Assembly (NCBI GenBank): GCA_014382245.1
Contig: JACNKC010000057.1
Coordinates: 174-64,173 of the forward strand
DNA from: Pseudomonadota bacterium
Lineage (GTDB): Bacteria; Desulfobacterota; Binatia; UBA1149
Direction: 5' to 3'
DNA length: 64,000 nucleotides
Each line of letters begins with the position of its first letter. Within the stretch, counting starts at the first letter, position 1. The translations under genes and the position numbers were made by a program. The notes beneath the pieces are model-generated. The model had not been told where the DNA came from, did no database searches, and was given only the letters and a program-made list of their open reading frames with translations. Of the stretch, positions 1 through 7,600 are shown piece after piece.

Positions 1-14
1 GCGTTCGGGGGGGG

Positions 15-917
15 TCAAGCCCCGCGGATGAACGAAGAGATCGCTCGCAGCGGCTGCCGAGGGTAGACCTGCCCCTGCTTGGGCGGCATGGAATTGTAAA
101 CGTAATCGAGCTCCAGGTCGGATAGCAGTCGACCCCGGTGCCGCCAGGTACCCCGTACGAGTACGCTCTCCATGTCGAGATTGATGGCAAACACTGACAA
201 TTGCTGACCGGGTCGAGGGGGGCCTGAGCTTGCCCCTGCCGGTGTACCCGACATCAACAGCCGGCCGCTATTGGCGGCGGTGCATGGCAGGGGAAGTGAT
301 AGGCGGGGGTAGCCGTTGTCGGCTATCCAGGATGCGAACTTGAGTGTTCGTGGAGATCGTAGCAGTCGCTGTGCCCAGTTAGACAAGGCCGGGACGCTGC
401 CGGCGTCGCTCACCCGTAGTGTTCGAGCAGCGGCCAGCGCGCCGGCACCAAGCGCCAGGCGCAGCCTGGGCAGCGCGTGGTTCCCGGCGTAGTGAACGAG
501 GTCCAGGTAGTGGACAGTGTGCACGCCGAAGTAGGCGTTGTAGCGAAACATGGGTTTACTGTTGTAAGCGTCGAGGTCGGCGCCCCCGCTTGCCTTCTCC
601 GCCCAGTGCGCCGTACCGCTCCAGCAGCGGCCCCTGCTGTTTACTATCATGAAGGCCGCGCGCGGGTCCGATTGCAGGTGACTCTTGCCCAGCCCCTCGC
701 AGAACTGACCGAACATGAGCCGCGTGGGATCCTTGGCGTTGAGCGAGGTGATGAGCGTCACGTGGGGCAGCCCCTCGGGATCGCGGGTGGCCAGCAGCCC
801 GATTTTGGCGTCGACGCCAAACGCGGCCATGGCGGCTTGGTCCAGGGCGAGAGGGGGAGTAAGCCCGTCGCGGTCGCCGTTACGTGTGGGCACAGTCTTG
901 TTGCTCCTGTTCATCAT
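15..917 (-). CDS. PNPOx-like (pyridoxamine 5'-phosphate oxidase family) FMN-binding split-barrel protein, possibly two tandem halves
   Basis: 300-aa ORF. The N-terminal half reads like a PNPOx-family split barrel (..KIGLLATRDPEGLPHVTLITSL..RAAFMIVN..). Its ATG shares an ATGA junction (914-917) with the activase stop, making it the last gene of the GRE operon. Family call is by eye only. Confidence 0.5.
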   Translation of the reverse strand: MMNRSNKTVPTRNGDRDGLTPPLALDQAAMAAFGVDAKIGLLATRDPEGLPHVTLITSLNAKDPTRLMFGQFCEGLGKSHLQSDPRAAFMIVNSRGRCWSGTAHWAEKASGGADLDAYNSKPMFRYNAYFGVHTVHYLDLVHYAGNHALPRLRLALGAGALAAARTLRVSDAGSVPALSNWAQRLLRSPRTLKFASWIADNGYPRLSLPLPCTAANSGRLLMSGTPAGASSGPPRPGQQLSVFAINLDMESVLVRGTWRHRGRLLSDLELDYVYNSMPPKQGQVYPRQPLRAISSFIRGA

Positions 918-2020
918 CGTGCTGCTGGTGGCCTGGGGGTTCTCGCTCCAGTCTGTTTGCCGCCCGGATCACAGGGTACTTTCACCGGGCCGGTCACAAC
1001 GATCTTGTCGCCGTCCAGGCCGCACGAATGTGCCACCTGCTGCAGGTTTTCGAGCTCCCCGGCTGCCATGGTCTCGACACCTTCGAGCTCCCACCGGTTT
1101 CCCAACCGTCGGTACTTGTCGCCGGCCATGTTGTTGAAAGCGAGCAGCTCCCAGCGAGTGACGACGTCACCCAGCTTGCCGGCGATGAACTCTCCCAGCC
1201 CGCGCAGGTTTTCTTCGTTGGCGGTGAGCCCCGGCACCAGCGGCGTACGAATCCACAGAGAATCCCGCCTTTGCTGCTCCCTGAATCGCTGTGCGAGGGC
1301 CAGCACGTTGCGTAGGATTTCGTGGTTGGAGCGGCCAGTGAAATCCGCGTGGCGCGCAGAATCTATTTCCTTGAGGTCGTAGAGCACCAGGTCGGCGTGT
1401 CGCGTTGACCGCTCCAGTGCCTGCCACGTGCACTGCCCGCAGGTGTCGATCGCGGTGTGAATGCCTCGCTCGCGGCAGAGCCGCAACAGCTCGGAAGTGA
1501 ACGCGGGTCTAAGCGAGGGTTCACCGCCCGAGACGGTAACCCCGCCGCCCGAGCAGCCGTACCAGGCCAGGTCGCGGACGACCTCGTCGAAAACGTCGGC
1601 AGCCGATCTCCGTTGTCCCAGCAGTTCGAGCGCTGCCCAGGGGCAGGCGTCTGTGCACGCGGCGTTGCAGCCGTTGCCAGCGCTGCAAAGGGCGTGATCG
1701 ATGTGGATGGTGCCGCCCGTCGCTGTTAGTGCCCCTTTCAAACAGGCATCCTGGCACGGTGTAAGCGCTGGCCTGGCGTCGCCGTTGCTCCCGGTCGTGT
1801 TCTCCCGGGGTATGCACCCGCTGCACCTGGATTCGTGCCACGCCACGCACGTGGCCGACTCCACGCTCTCGGGGTTATGACACCACGTGCACTCCAGGCT
1901 GCAACCCTTGAGAAACACGGTCGTGCGTATGCCCGGACCGTCCTCGGTGGACATTCGCTGCAGGTTGAGCACCGTGGCCTCCGTGTTGTCACGGGCGGTC
2001 GACTGCCGGGAAACCATCAC
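914..2020 (-). CDS. Glycyl-radical enzyme activating enzyme (radical SAM) with ferredoxin-like Cys-rich insert
   Basis: 368 aa. The N-terminal STEDGPGIRTTVFLKGCSLECTWCHNPE contains the CX3CX2C radical-SAM motif typical of GRE activases. It is followed by extra Cys clusters (CSGC.., CSAGNGCNAACTDACP), as in PFL2-class activases. The gene starts 10 nt after the GRE stop. Confidence 0.9.
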   Translation of the reverse strand: MMVSRQSTARDNTEATVLNLQRMSTEDGPGIRTTVFLKGCSLECTWCHNPESVESATCVAWHESRCSGCIPRENTTGSNGDARPALTPCQDACLKGALTATGGTIHIDHALCSAGNGCNAACTDACPWAALELLGQRRSAADVFDEVVRDLAWYGCSGGGVTVSGGEPSLRPAFTSELLRLCRERGIHTAIDTCGQCTWQALERSTRHADLVLYDLKEIDSARHADFTGRSNHEILRNVLALAQRFREQQRRDSLWIRTPLVPGLTANEENLRGLGEFIAGKLGDVVTRWELLAFNNMAGDKYRRLGNRWELEGVETMAAGELENLQQVAHSCGLDGDKIVVTGPVKVPCDPGGKQTGARTPRPPAAR

Positions 2021-2030
2021 CGGGTCTACG

Positions 2031-4550
2031 CTAGGAATGCGCCTCCCTGGCTATGACTTCGTCCTGCAGTTCGCGGCCTATGCTGGTGAAGTAGGCGTTG
2101 TAGCCGGTGACGCGTACCAGCAGGTGGCGGTACTCGCCGGGGTTGAGCTGGGCGTCGCGCAGGGTGTCGGTGTCGATCACGTTGACCTGCAGGGCAGTGC
2201 CCCCGTTTTCGCAGTAGCCACGAAGAAACCCCTTGAACTTTTCGCGGTGCTCTGCGTCGCGCAGCAGCGATGGACTGAAGCTCATGGTATGGCTGGCGCC
2301 GTTGGGCAACGAGTTGCGGTAGTCCTGCCAATCTCCGTCGCTGCCCCGTCCACCCAGCGCCTGGCCAACCGAGTTGACGTTGGCCGTGGGGCCACTGGTA
2401 TCGGCGCCGTTGGACGGGCAAATGGCGTTGGACAGGAACCTGCCCCGCGGTCTTCCGTCGGCGCTCGCCGCCATGACGTAGCCGCCGTCCACCCAGTAGT
2501 TCCAGCTGAGCATGCCGGGACGAAAGCGCCGGCCGGTGCTGACCGTGCTGTGCTTCCAGGTTTCATCGGTCCACAGGTCCATCACGGCGCAGGCCATGGC
2601 GTCGGCCTCCTGTTGGTCGCGGCCGTACTTGGGCGCGCGCCAGCGGGCCCAGGCCTGCAGGGTCTCGTGCCCGTCCCAGTTGTCGCGCAGGGCCGCGGTC
2701 AGCTCCTCCATCGAGCACAGACCGCGGTCGTAGACCAGGTACTTTATCGCGCACAGCGAGTCCACGGTGGTGGCGAAGGTTACGCCCTCGAGCGTGGTAA
2801 GGTTGATCTCGGCGCCGCCGCGGGTGACGTCGGTGGCCGTTTCGGCGCAGCCGCCCACGAGGCAGGACAAGTAGGGCGTGGGGCTGAAGCGGGCGCGCAG
2901 GCTCTCGGTACGTTCGTAGAGGTCAACGCAACGTTGCACGATGAACTCGTTCTGCCTGCTGTAGGCCGCCCAGAAGTCTTCCCAGCGATCGAACTTCCCG
3001 GCGTCACCCGTGCGCGGGCCGTCTCGGCTGATTTCGCGGGACTCGCCGGTCACGGCGTCCATCGCGGGGGCGAGATCCTCGCCGCCTGTAAGCGCGAGTT
3101 CAACGGCCTTGAGCAGGTTGAGGTTACTGTCAACGGTTCCTGAACGGTCGTTGCCCACCATGGTGTTTTCCAGGCAGCCAACCGGCGCGTACTCGTGGAC
3201 GTTGTCCTCGTTTACGAGGTGCTGGTAGCCGGCCTCGGCGGCTTCGCGCATCATACCGGCCATGGATCTCTCGTCGAAGTTGAGCAGGAAGGGCGATCCG
3301 TGGCTGCGCGAGATCATGTCGACCACGGTGTCGAGCAGGCGGTTGGGAGAACCGCGGTGCAGCCGTACACTCGGCTTGGGCTCCAGTATGGGGCTCATCT
3401 CGTCGATGACCTCGAGGATGGCGTAGGTCAGGTCGTTGGTCGTGTCGACGCCCTCGGCTCCAATGCCCGAAAGCGTTATGAGCTGGCCGAAGCCGGAGGT
3501 GATTCCCTGGTTGCCGCCGATTTTTATCATGGCGTCGTAAGCCGTGTTGGCGTGTACCCAGAAGCAGCGCAGGATTTCTTTGCCGAACTCGCGATCCATT
3601 CCGTTCTCGATCGAGCGGCGCCAGCAGGGGTAGAGGTACTGGTCTACGCGGCCGAAGCTCAGGCCGGGGCCGGGGTAGTTTTCGTCGCTCATCACCAGCA
3701 TGTGGGTGAGCCACAGGGATTGTACTGCCTCCCAGAAGTTACGCGCGGGAAGCCAGGGCACGCGTTCCAGGTTGCGGGCCATGTTCTCGAGCTCCGCCCG
3801 GCGAGCCGGGTCGGCTTCGTCGCGGGCCTCGTCGCGGCAGCACCCGGCGTATTTTCCGGCCAATTCCCCGGGCATGAGAGCAGCAGTCATCATGGCGCGC
3901 AGTTGCGAGCCGGGTTGGCCGTTTTTAGCAGCGTGGTCGAGTGCGTCGTAGCGTTGTTCGAGGTCGCGGTGGATGGCTCCCCAGCCATGCTCGATCACCC
4001 GTGGGTAGTCGGGTAGCAAATGGCCGGAGGTAGCACCCGTGTTGCCGTAGCCGTGCTCGTGGAAATCCTTGATCGCGGCTCTCGTGCCGCGCGGGCCGTT
4101 GACCTCGGCATCGCGTCGACGGGCTTCCTCGCGGTTCCAGCAGCGCGAGGCGAGCAGGTTGAAGCGGGCCCCGGCTATGAGATCACCGGGCAGTATTTCC
4201 CGCGGCAACCTGTTGACCATTATTTCGCGGATCAGCCACGCGCGGCGCTCGGCGAGCCCCCGTTGCCAGAAGTCATCGGGCAGATCGACCCTGCGCGCAG
4301 CCTGCAGGGTGGAAGAGCGGAACGGTTGAAAGAACGCGTAGGTCTCCGGGACGATGTAGTAGGTGGTCTCGTCGTAGACCACGTCCCAGTCGGTACCGGT
4401 TGTCCAGCAACTGAACTCGTTGTTCCACTCGCGGTCTACGCCGCGAAAGTAGTAGTCGCGCAGCCACTGTGCGCGTGGGGACAACGCGCGGGGCGCGGGT
4501 ACAGCGGGTTGCTGTTCGCGGTGATTCGTTGCGTGTGCTGATCCTGCCAT
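2031..4550 (-). CDS. Glycyl-radical enzyme, PFL2 / eliminase-like class, substrate unassigned
   Basis: 839 aa. C-terminal glycyl-radical fingerprint LLVRVTGYNAYF (Gly816, nt 2103-2105). Thiyl loop APVGCLEN (Cys459 nt 3174-3176, Glu461). PFL2-type blocks NYPGPGLSFGRVDQYLYP and GGNQGITSGFGQLITLSG. SD AAGGAAA lies upstream of the ATG at 4550. Confidence 0.92.
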   Translation of the reverse strand: MAGSAHATNHREQQPAVPAPRALSPRAQWLRDYYFRGVDREWNNEFSCWTTGTDWDVVYDETTYYIVPETYAFFQPFRSSTLQAARRVDLPDDFWQRGLAERRAWLIREIMVNRLPREILPGDLIAGARFNLLASRCWNREEARRRDAEVNGPRGTRAAIKDFHEHGYGNTGATSGHLLPDYPRVIEHGWGAIHRDLEQRYDALDHAAKNGQPGSQLRAMMTAALMPGELAGKYAGCCRDEARDEADPARRAELENMARNLERVPWLPARNFWEAVQSLWLTHMLVMSDENYPGPGLSFGRVDQYLYPCWRRSIENGMDREFGKEILRCFWVHANTAYDAMIKIGGNQGITSGFGQLITLSGIGAEGVDTTNDLTYAILEVIDEMSPILEPKPSVRLHRGSPNRLLDTVVDMISRSHGSPFLLNFDERSMAGMMREAAEAGYQHLVNEDNVHEYAPVGCLENTMVGNDRSGTVDSNLNLLKAVELALTGGEDLAPAMDAVTGESREISRDGPRTGDAGKFDRWEDFWAAYSRQNEFIVQRCVDLYERTESLRARFSPTPYLSCLVGGCAETATDVTRGGAEINLTTLEGVTFATTVDSLCAIKYLVYDRGLCSMEELTAALRDNWDGHETLQAWARWRAPKYGRDQQEADAMACAVMDLWTDETWKHSTVSTGRRFRPGMLSWNYWVDGGYVMAASADGRPRGRFLSNAICPSNGADTSGPTANVNSVGQALGGRGSDGDWQDYRNSLPNGASHTMSFSPSLLRDAEHREKFKGFLRGYCENGGTALQVNVIDTDTLRDAQLNPGEYRHLLVRVTGYNAYFTSIGRELQDEVIAREAHS

Positions 4551-4566
4551 CGTCGTTGTTTCCTTG

Positions 4567-7479
4567 TCAGGCCGAGGCCATCTCGATCCGTGTCTCGCGG
4601 TCGCTCTGCCCGGGTTGCAGCGAGGCTGGTACCGGTCTCAAGTGATTGTAGCCGCCGGCCAGCTCCACCGGGTTGAGCGGGCTCGGTAGTACGTTGCGGT
4701 AGCCCTTGCCGCCGGGAAACTGGTAGTCCTCCCAGGCGTGGTAGAGGATCACCATGCCCGGGCGCACCGCGTTCGATAGCCGGGCCTTAACGCGGAACTC
4801 GCCCAGGTCGTTGAAGAGGCGCACCGTGTCGCCGTCCTTGATGCCGCGGCTGCGCGCGTCGGGTGCCGCTACGAAGGCGGCCGCTTCTCCGCGCTGCAGT
4901 TGCAGCAGCAGGTCGAGGTTGCGCCAGCCGGCGTGGATGCTCCAGCGGGTGTGGCCGCCGCTGAGCACCAGCGGGTAGTCTCCCCCCGGTCGGGGTACGG
5001 GCAGGTGGGCAGGCAGTTCCTGTCCGAGTTCGAGGTACAAGGGGTGGTCGATGTAAAACTGCACCCTGCGGGTGAGCGTGGGCCAGGGGCCGGGATTGCT
5101 GCGACGCCAACCGCGGTTGACCACCGGTTGGTCGGGCGTCACGTCCGTGGCATTGCCCAGGTTGAAAGGGTGCGTGCCTATTCCGGTTATTCTTTTGAAG
5201 CCATCGTGCCGGAGTTCTTCGAAACCGCCGTCCACGAAGCCGGTCTGTTTTACTATTTCGTGTGCGACCTGCGATTGGGCATGTTCGTCGAAGCGGCCGT
5301 TGAAGGTAAAGCGATGGCCGAAATCATCGAGTCTCTGCTCGTTGCCGTGGCGGTCGCGAAAAGAGGAGACGCCCCGTTCGCGCGCGCGTCGTTCCACCCA
5401 CCGGGCCAGCTCCGCGTGCATGTTCCACTCGGGCTTGCACTCGCCCAGGGGTTCGACGGCCGCCTGGGTGATGTGCAGGTAAGGTGAAAGCAGCGTGAAC
5501 CAGTTGGGTACGTCGTCTTTTTCGTAAGAAGACGCGCCTGGCAGCAGTATGTCGGACTGCAGGCAGGTGGTCGACATGCGCAGGTCGCAGGTGACTACCA
5601 GTTTTATTTTCGGCCAGGCCGTTTCGAGCAGGCGTTGCGCGCTACGCAGGCGCCTCAGTAAATTGCTGCCCGCGACCACGAGCACCCGCGGGGGATCTGC
5701 CGGCGGGCGCTTCTGCCAGTTGTTGTTGTAGGACTCCTCGACGTACTCGTCGATGGGGCGGGGCAGTCGCCTGCCGTGCTCGCCGTCGGTCACCCGGGAC
5801 AAACCGCCGTGGCGTCGCCAGTAAAGCACCGACGATACCACCGACGAATCGTTCATGTAGTCGCGAAAGGCGTCGTATACATAGCGCTCGGTACTGTCGC
5901 CCGCCAGTCGCCGGCCGAGCAGCGCGGGTAGGTGCTTGAGCTTGGCGGCCAGTCCCTCCCACTGGCTGGCGCCGACGGAATCCATGCCCTGCGTCCACAG
6001 GAACGGAGTTGTGTCGAAGCCGGCGCCCGGCTTTCCCACGTGCCCGCCCAGCATGAAAAGCAGCAGTTGCGCCCGCATGATGATGTCGCCGTTGTAGAGC
6101 TTGGGAATAGACGAACCGGCTACGCCGGCCATGGCGCGTGCCCCGGCCACCATATCGGCGAAACGGTGGATGGTTTCAGCCGAGCAGCCGCACAGCTCTG
6201 CCGCTTTTTTGGGCGTGTAGTCCGCGTCGAGTCGCTGGCGCAGGATTTCGAGTACCGGGCGCACGCGGACCGGTCCGTTGTTGGTGCTTACCGTGTAGTT
6301 GCCCTCGAGCGCGGGCGTAACCCCTGCCCAGTCCAGGTCGAAGGGAGCGGGGGAGGGCAGGCCGAGCGAGGGATCCCAGGCGTAGAACTGTTCCTGGCGG
6401 CCGCCTGTGACGAGATCGCTTTCGCGCAGGTAGTGGCCGTCGTCTTTTACCAGCAGTACGAGGTCGGTCTGCGAGCGTACGAAGTCAGCGTCTATGCTGC
6501 CTCGTTCCAATAGTACCTGGCAGGCGGCCAGGGCCAACGCGGCGTCGGTCCCGGGGCGCACGCCTATGAACAGGTCGCTGTGGATGCTCGAGGCCGAGTA
6601 GTCGGTGGCGATGGTGACCACGCGGGTGCCGTTGTAACGGGCCTCGTTGATGAAGTGGGCATTGGGAATCTGCGTGTAAACGGGGTTCGCACCCCAGACC
6701 AGTATGAGATCGGAGTGGAAGAAGTCGTCGGCCGAGCGTGACGATACCGGTGTGCCCATGGTCACCGCTGCGCCGGCCTGCCCGTCGTCGAGCTCGGTGT
6801 TGGTGTCGAGCTCTATGCCGTCGAGCATGTCGACCAGGCGCTGCACGCCCAGCCTCCACGTGGCCGACGCCAGGCTGCCACCGGGCTCAAGGGCCACCGA
6901 GTCGGGACCGGCGAGGGTCACCGCGTCGATGAGCTGGTCGGCGGTCTCGCGGTAGGCTTCGTCCCAGCTGATGCGCTTCCATTTGCCCGAGCCTCTGGGC
7001 CCGACACGTCGCAGCGGGTAGCGCAGGCGGTCGGGCGCGTACATGAGCGCGGAGTAGCAGGCGCCTTTCTGGCAGCCGCGGGGATTGAAGTCGGGTACCT
7101 CGTCGTTTACCGCGGGGTACTCGCCGGCCTGTTCCTCGCGCACGACCACCCCGTCGCGCACGTAGACGTCCCAGGAGCAGTTGCGCTGGTACCAGCAGTT
7201 GACGACGTGCGTACAGCGCACGCGCTTGTCCCAGGCAAGCCGTTGCAGGTAGACGTCCTTCCAGTCGCCGTAGCCCCTTGCTGGAGCGTGGGGCGCGACC
7301 GTACTCGCGGTTGACGTTTCGTATTGGCCGGCATCGCGGTGGCAAGCCGGGACCAGCCCGCCCAGCACGAGGATTGCTGCGCCGCTGCTGCCGCGCCTTA
7401 CGAATTCACGCCTGCTTATTGTTGTTGCCACGCTCGCATCCGTGCCACGTCGGCGCGGGGTGTCGCACACCCCACGCAT
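4567..7479 (-). CDS. Molybdopterin (bis-MGD) oxidoreductase catalytic subunit, NarG/EbdA-like (type II DMSO-reductase family), Tat signal
   Basis: 970 aa. Twin-arginine motif TISRREFVRRGSSGAAILVLGG. FS0-like site RCTHVVNCWYQRNCSWDVYVRDG..PRGCQKG. Block WGANPVYTQIPNAHFINEARYNGTRVV resembles NarG as I recall it. The stop lies 16 nt before the GRE start. The exact start is uncertain (ATG 7479, or GTG near 7431). Confidence 0.85.
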   Translation of the reverse strand: MRGVCDTPRRRGTDASVATTISRREFVRRGSSGAAILVLGGLVPACHRDAGQYETSTASTVAPHAPARGYGDWKDVYLQRLAWDKRVRCTHVVNCWYQRNCSWDVYVRDGVVVREEQAGEYPAVNDEVPDFNPRGCQKGACYSALMYAPDRLRYPLRRVGPRGSGKWKRISWDEAYRETADQLIDAVTLAGPDSVALEPGGSLASATWRLGVQRLVDMLDGIELDTNTELDDGQAGAAVTMGTPVSSRSADDFFHSDLILVWGANPVYTQIPNAHFINEARYNGTRVVTIATDYSASSIHSDLFIGVRPGTDAALALAACQVLLERGSIDADFVRSQTDLVLLVKDDGHYLRESDLVTGGRQEQFYAWDPSLGLPSPAPFDLDWAGVTPALEGNYTVSTNNGPVRVRPVLEILRQRLDADYTPKKAAELCGCSAETIHRFADMVAGARAMAGVAGSSIPKLYNGDIIMRAQLLLFMLGGHVGKPGAGFDTTPFLWTQGMDSVGASQWEGLAAKLKHLPALLGRRLAGDSTERYVYDAFRDYMNDSSVVSSVLYWRRHGGLSRVTDGEHGRRLPRPIDEYVEESYNNNWQKRPPADPPRVLVVAGSNLLRRLRSAQRLLETAWPKIKLVVTCDLRMSTTCLQSDILLPGASSYEKDDVPNWFTLLSPYLHITQAAVEPLGECKPEWNMHAELARWVERRARERGVSSFRDRHGNEQRLDDFGHRFTFNGRFDEHAQSQVAHEIVKQTGFVDGGFEELRHDGFKRITGIGTHPFNLGNATDVTPDQPVVNRGWRRSNPGPWPTLTRRVQFYIDHPLYLELGQELPAHLPVPRPGGDYPLVLSGGHTRWSIHAGWRNLDLLLQLQRGEAAAFVAAPDARSRGIKDGDTVRLFNDLGEFRVKARLSNAVRPGMVILYHAWEDYQFPGGKGYRNVLPSPLNPVELAGGYNHLRPVPASLQPGQSDRETRIEMASA

Positions 7480-7522
7480 CTACGTGGCGGGCAAGGGCAA
7501 CAAGGGCAGCGGAGCGGAAGCC

Positions 7523-7551
7523 AGTATATTCGACCTGGCCGGCTATGACAA
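7523..7551 (-). promoter_or_regulatory. Sigma70-like promoter candidate for the Mo-enzyme/GRE operon
   Basis: The minus strand reads TTGTCA (7551-7546), a 17-nt spacer, then TATACT (7528-7523). It lies in the 121-nt gap between the CoA-transferase stop (7601) and the Mo-enzyme start (7479). Confidence 0.4.
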
Positions 7552-7600
7552 CGCTGAATGGGTGACAGTCTTCCCCCGCGATATACGGCCCGGCCAGTTG

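Noticed and set aside
1887-3143. A 418-aa plus-strand ORF, and many similar long ORFs: 3195-4016, 7817-8968, 9264-10205, 15031-15840, 21013-22149, 22280-23236, 32352-33827, 33881-34954, 35493-36347, 37730-38839, 54091-54930, 56904-57680, 57499-58458, 58482-59285
   Set aside because: All are antisense or out of frame to genes with unmistakable family motifs. Their translations are Ala/Gly/Arg/Pro/Val-rich low-complexity strings, typical of shadow ORFs in GC-rich DNA.
2031-4550. GRE as an X-succinate (fumarate-adding) synthase. This was suggested by the nearby family-III CoA-transferase (7601-8848) and the BbsAB-like DUF35/thiolase pair (32146-33746)
   Set aside because: No BssB/BssC-like small subunit genes flank the GRE. 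The thiyl loop is Cys-x-Glu, as in eliminases. The bbs-like genes are 25 kb away in a separate TetR-controlled unit, and only one CoA-transferase subunit is present. I cannot exclude the idea without an alignment, so I left the GRE unassigned.
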